From a virus (lineage: Duplodnaviria; Caudoviricetes): 64,000 bases of DNA. The DNA is taken from positions 12,806-76,805 of the IMG/VR virus record IMGVR_UViG_3300022744_000027, one strand, 5' to 3'. Position 1 is the stretch's first letter. Each line of letters begins with the position of its first letter. Positions 59,717 to 64,000 of the stretch are shown here, in pieces. The position numbers were made by a program, and so were the translations under genes. The notes under the pieces are model-generated. The model made no database searches. It was given only the letters and a program-made list of their open reading frames with translations, and had not been told where the DNA came from.

Positions 59717-62700
59717 TTACAGGACAAACACCCGCAGGTCGCGCACAACAGGACGGAAGGCCGTGCCACCAGACAGCACCAGCTTGATCTGTACTGCGGT
59801 CTCATTGATGCCGGTGGCCGAGTGGACAAACTCAACAAAGCCATCGTCCACGTTGCGGGTCGTGGGTGCGGTGATCTCCGCCCAGACGTCGCCGCCGTCG
59901 ATGCCCTTCCAGTAAGCCTGCACAGTGGCGCCGCTTGGGATGATGGCTTCGTAAATGATCTTCACGGCCACGCTGGCGCCGCCAGGGATGGCGCGAGTCA
60001 CGTAGTCGCCGGTGGCAGCGATACTGCCGGCAACAAGCTGCGTGCCGGGGTACAGGACAGCCGACCAATCCGCAGAGCCGTTGATCTTTGCAGACACGGC
60101 CACGGAACCAGTGATCGCGGCAGGCAGTCGGATTGACTGACCATCCGACACCGTCACGGTGGACGCATCGGGAAGCGTTAACAGGTACTCCACACCAGTC
60201 GCGCTGGCGGGTGTCTCTGCGTAAGACATGAGCATCAGGTCGGTCGCCGCCGTAACGCTTGCCGAGCCTAGAGCCACAGTGCGGGTGGTCTGGGTAAAGG
60301 CCGCCGACAGCAGTCGGAAAGCCATGTCGCGGTCTTGGTGCGCCGTCCATGTGCTGGCGTTGCTGGAAGACAGCAGCACACCCACGGTGTACGGCTGGCT
60401 GGTGATCCAGCGCTGAGCGTTGCTGTCAAACTTGCCCAGCTCGGCCACAGACAAGGCACCAACACTGTCGTCACACAGCACAACAAGCGCGTACTCGACG
60501 CCGCCAAGCAGGGTGACTGGCGAAGGGAACACCACGCGAGTGTGGCTGCCGCCAAGCACGATGGACCCGCTGGGGATTACCACGTTGGCAATGATCGTCT
60601 GATTTGGCAGGCCGGTATCCGTCGCCCGGATTTGCAGCCGAACCGGCGTCGTTGGCGCAGCCGTGAACCAGAGGTCCACCGCCGTCGCCTGAACCCCAGA
60701 AACCAGCGTGAAGGTCTGCGCCAGCGGATCGCTTCCGCCGCCATCACCGCCGCCGCCATCAAAAGCCGTAGGAACGGCTGGAGGTGGTGGGGGTGACTGC
60801 CAGCGGCGCTCGTTGAGCGTTGTCTGGCTTTGCCAGGTTTGACGCTCCAGCGTGCCTTGGCCGGAATAAACCGCGCCTCCAGAGCTTCCGCCGGCGCCTG
60901 TGAAGACAACCCGCTTGCTGCCGGATGGCACGCCACTGGGCACGGTAAACGTGCCGGTGACCACACCGCTGCCGTTGGCAACAGCGCCTCCGGTGGCCAG
61001 GCTCAAGCCGTCGAACGTCAGCGCCTGGAGCACCTCGCCGCTACCGAAGCCGGAAACGCTGTACGACACCGTAGTCTGGCGCAGCGTCTCGATTGCGCTC
61101 AGCGACGTGTTGATCAGCGCGCTACGCGTGCTGGATGACGTGTCGGACTGGTCACCCCACCCGAAAGTGAAGCGCTGAGTAAGCGGACCCGCCCAATCGG
61201 ACTGCACCACCGTCCAGCGATCCACTGACGGTGTCAGTGTGACCTGTGCAGGCACCGGGGCAAACGATAGATACGGGTTGATCTGCATGGAGGTAGTCCG
61301 CAGGGACTGCTCCAGGGTGATCACGTTGTTGTAGGTCAGCGTAGCAGGGGTCGCCACATCGGCAGACATCTGCAACGCCACGCCAGTGATAGGCAGCATG
61401 AGCAAGCCGCTGACGATGGCGGCCGACTGGACCGTCCCGGCGTCGCGCTGGCTGTCATCAAGGAACGGGTCAACAAACAACCCCTTCTTGGTGCCGCCCT
61501 CGCGGGTGTGAATGCTCGACTCCAGACGCTGCTGGGCGATCAGCTGCGCCAGCAGGTCCATGCGGCCGTCAATCGCGGCCAGCGTTGGCATTGGCACCAC
61601 GCGCACGCCGTCATTGATGACGCGCCGCGCAGAGGTCCAAGTCTGGTAGACCGTGGCAAGCGACAGCAGGTCACCTGGCACAGTGGGGAATTGTGGGTTG
61701 GTGTCTGACGACACGCCGTGCAGCCACACAATCGCGCCGGACTGGTCCAAGCACAGCTTGTCGTAGCGTGGCAGCATCTGGCTGTAAGTCAGCAGGATCA
61801 GAGTGCCAGTGACGGCGCCCGTGACCGTGAGGCCGGTCTCATCCACCAAGGTGGGTGTCACCAGCGTGATGTAGCGGTAGGTCACAGAGTACGTGCTGCC
61901 GGGAGCTGGCTCGGCGCCAGCCGGCGTCCAGTCAACCTTGCCAGCAGTCAGCAAGTAGTCGGTCGTGGCAGTGTAAATGGTGGCGCCCTGAGACACCTCC
62001 ATGATCTGGAGCACCGACGTGTCGGGGAGCTGGTCCTGAGCGCCAGTGAACACGCCGTGCGTGAGCGTCACCGTCTTCTCGGCGGTGATGGAAACAGCGG
62101 TAACAGCCGTGCCAGGCGAGCGGTCGAAGTTGACGCGCTGCGCAGTGGGGCCCGTGGACAGGTGCGGCTCGTTGGTGATCAGCTTGAGGTCCGGGGAGGA
62201 TGCCAGCGTCAGACGTCGCCCGGTTTGGTTTTCTACACTGAAGCCAAACACGCGTGCTCGGCCCTCAGACAGCGAGTACACCTGGTTGCCGCCAACATCT
62301 GCCAAGGCCTTCAGATTAAAGCCAGATACCACGTAGCTGCCGCCCGCGCTGTCGCGGTCGTAGCGGGCCAGTGCCTGGTTCACGCCGTCAAGATTGGGGG
62401 GCGGCTCTTTGGACTGAGCGAAGCCGTTGGAAACCTCGTAGACGGGGTAAAACTCCCCCGTGGTCACGCCGTCGCCAGACCAGCCCCACGCAGCATCCAC
62501 GCGCAGGCGCTCGGCACCAGGCGAGTTGTAGTTGCGAGTCCCGGTCGCGGGGTCGCGCAGGTCGGGGTCTTGAAGCGATGTGACCACGCTCTCAGTGAGG
62601 CGGACACCAATCGCAATCGTGCCCGTGGTGGGCACAGTGAAGGAGGCAGGCGGAACGCCGCGCACGGAGCCGCGGATGTAGACGGCACCAGAGGCGCACT

Positions 62701-62926
62701 GTACGGCACCAGTGATCTCGTTCACCACAACGACGGCATCACGGATGATGTCGCCGTCCTTGAAGATGGCATCGGCCAGCCCCTTGGTGCGGTAAGCAGC
62801 AGTCTTCTGCACCTCGTTTAGCTCGGCGGACTGAAGCGCCCGGCCAGCAATGAACAGGTGCTCATCGTAATTGTCCACCGGATCAAACCGGCTGTAATAC
62901 TGGCTCGGCATCGTGGCCATAGTCAT
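59717..62926 (-). CDS. Large tail/baseplate protein (DUF4815-like)
   Basis: YYSRFDP..Y...F...RALQSAELNE.Q, KKGLFVDPF, DPLAQTF, WTAHQ..D..F. Confidence 0.85.
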   Translation of the reverse strand: MTMATMPSQYYSRFDPVDNYDEHLFIAGRALQSAELNEVQKTAAYRTKGLADAIFKDGDIIRDAVVVVNEITGAVQCASGAVYIRGSVRGVPPASFTVPTTGTIAIGVRLTESVVTSLQDPDLRDPATGTRNYNSPGAERLRVDAAWGWSGDGVTTGEFYPVYEVSNGFAQSKEPPPNLDGVNQALARYDRDSAGGSYVVSGFNLKALADVGGNQVYSLSEGRARVFGFSVENQTGRRLTLASSPDLKLITNEPHLSTGPTAQRVNFDRSPGTAVTAVSITAEKTVTLTHGVFTGAQDQLPDTSVLQIMEVSQGATIYTATTDYLLTAGKVDWTPAGAEPAPGSTYSVTYRYITLVTPTLVDETGLTVTGAVTGTLILLTYSQMLPRYDKLCLDQSGAIVWLHGVSSDTNPQFPTVPGDLLSLATVYQTWTSARRVINDGVRVVPMPTLAAIDGRMDLLAQLIAQQRLESSIHTREGGTKKGLFVDPFLDDSQRDAGTVQSAAIVSGLLMLPITGVALQMSADVATPATLTYNNVITLEQSLRTTSMQINPYLSFAPVPAQVTLTPSVDRWTVVQSDWAGPLTQRFTFGWGDQSDTSSSTRSALINTSLSAIETLRQTTVSYSVSGFGSGEVLQALTFDGLSLATGGAVANGSGVVTGTFTVPSGVPSGSKRVVFTGAGGSSGGAVYSGQGTLERQTWQSQTTLNERRWQSPPPPPAVPTAFDGGGGDGGGSDPLAQTFTLVSGVQATAVDLWFTAAPTTPVRLQIRATDTGLPNQTIIANVVIPSGSIVLGGSHTRVVFPSPVTLLGGVEYALVVLCDDSVGALSVAELGKFDSNAQRWITSQPYTVGVLLSSSNASTWTAHQDRDMAFRLLSAAFTQTTRTVALGSASVTAATDLMLMSYAETPASATGVEYLLTLPDASTVTVSDGQSIRLPAAITGSVAVSAKINGSADWSAVLYPGTQLVAGSIAATGDYVTRAIPGGASVAVKIIYEAIIPSGATVQAYWKGIDGGDVWAEITAPTTRNVDDGFVEFVHSATGINETAVQIKLVLSGGTAFRPVVRDLRVFVL

Positions 62927-62928
62927 CC

Positions 62929-63411
62929 TCAGAAAGTGATTACAACTTCAAAGCTCTCGCGGATGGCCGGTGAGCGGTAGATTGGCCCGATGTTTTCCAG
63001 GGACAGCATGCGGCCCGGGTTGGTCACCTGAGCGGGGGAGAAATACTCCTGCCCCAGCGGTAGTCCACCCACCGTGACGGTACCCACGAACACCGCGATC
63101 TCGCGGATGACGTCGGAGATGCCGTCCTCAAAATCAAAGGCCGTGCGGATGTAAATGTGGTTTGTCGGAGTCACCGACCGGCTGAATACAGCGTCGTTCG
63201 GCAGCACGATGTTGCCGCCGGCGTCGGGCACCACGAACGCCACCTCGGTGGCAACCCGTCGACCGATCTCGGTCAGCAGGGCTGTGGCAGTTAGGGACTC
63301 TGCAGGCGGCGTAACCCATGAGCCGTCGCCGCTACCCCAAGCGAGATGGATGGGGCGCAAGGCGATGGACTCGGCAATTGATACGCGGCCAGCGTCAACA
63401 AGGATAGACAT
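62929..63411 (-). CDS. Baseplate/tail structural protein
   Basis: HLAWGSGD..W...L..EIGRR, IRE..VF, F..VITF; precedes DUF4815-like gene. Confidence 0.7.
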   Translation of the reverse strand: MSILVDAGRVSIAESIALRPIHLAWGSGDGSWVTPPAESLTATALLTEIGRRVATEVAFVVPDAGGNIVLPNDAVFSRSVTPTNHIYIRTAFDFEDGISDVIREIAVFVGTVTVGGLPLGQEYFSPAQVTNPGRMLSLENIGPIYRSPAIRESFEVVITF

Positions 63412-63435
63412 CGGTGCTCCAAATTTCTTGAAGTC

Positions 63436-63451
63436 ATTGTTGCGTCACGAC
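63436..63451 (-). promoter_or_regulatory. Late-type promoter GTCGTGAC-gc-AACAAT (tail operon)
   Basis: Same motif; leader with GGAG. Confidence 0.7.
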
Positions 63452-63517
63452 ACGCAGCCGTTCACGTGGGCCTGGTCGTGGTCACTTCGCGCAGCGCGGT
63501 GCTTTGAGGCGAGGGTT

Positions 63518-63973
63518 CTAACTACGGTTCAAAACCTTGAGCGCTTCCTCGGGCGTGATTTTCAGGCTGTAAGCGTCAGATATGAACTCAGCAAACATGG
63601 GTTTTCGGTCATCAAAATAGAACCGCGCCTGCTCTTTATACGCTGATACTTCGCACCACAAACGATAGCGCGGGATAAATCTATAAAGGATAGAGTGCAG
63701 AGCTAATGGAATAACTGCCACGCCCATGAAGTCCATGAGGCCAAAGTGATGCAACCAGTAGGCCAATGGGATAGCTAGAAGTGACCAAGCCGCCCATTGC
63801 TTAACGTGCATCAATTCGTGGCGGTACAGACCTTCGTCGTGCCTGTATTTGTCCAATATACGAATGACAGGCCCGTTTGCACACCCACCTACATTAGGCG
63901 GGAGGGTTTTTACAAAGAAGGTTAAAGGGTACATATGCGGTATTTTTAGGAGTTGGATTAGTGTTGCTATCAC
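63518..63973 (-). CDS. Membrane-associated HExxH (zincin-like) protein, lower GC
   Basis: RHELMHVKQW, hydrophobic hairpin, EV.AY. Confidence 0.65.
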   Translation of the reverse strand: MIATLIQLLKIPHMYPLTFFVKTLPPNVGGCANGPVIRILDKYRHDEGLYRHELMHVKQWAAWSLLAIPLAYWLHHFGLMDFMGVAVIPLALHSILYRFIPRYRLWCEVSAYKEQARFYFDDRKPMFAEFISDAYSLKITPEEALKVLNRS

Positions 63974-64000
63974 AGTACGCCCTCACTTACCCAAGTGCCA

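Overview
The whole window is phage DNA and no host housekeeping genes are visible. It reads as about 64 kb of a large, high-GC temperate tailed phage, probably a myovirus with a betaproteobacterial host (both inferred). Left part (1-32.4 kb, mostly minus strand): the N-terminal part of a giant protein, a MuF-like minor head protein, a hairpin-dense ncRNA region, uncharacterised virion-type genes, portal, a large terminase with two ATPase domains, a 1513-aa kinase/ADP-ribosyltransferase next to a NUDIX hydrolase, Tad2-like and Gp49-family proteins, a ParB-methyltransferase, a frameshifted HNH gene and a small terminase. Middle (32.5-54.4 kb): a GGTTCCC-iteron origin candidate, many small early genes, primase-helicase, SSB, helicases, exonuclease, HU and RdgC. 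Right (54.4-64 kb): a tRNA-Lys(CUU) gene interrupted at 35/36 by a 211-nt Azoarcus-like group I intron, an apparently intact attP with a tyrosine integrase, a lysis cassette and tail genes. Two promoter grammars are readable directly: GTCGTGAC-N2-(-10) at structural and lysis genes, often leaderless, and a 13-bp palindrome GCAAnAnTnTTGC-N2-(-10) at early genes. Several late proteins share an N-terminal hydrophobic-L-x-K-[S/A] tag that may be a capsid-loading or maturation signal. All family assignments are by-eye motif recognition; no searches were run.
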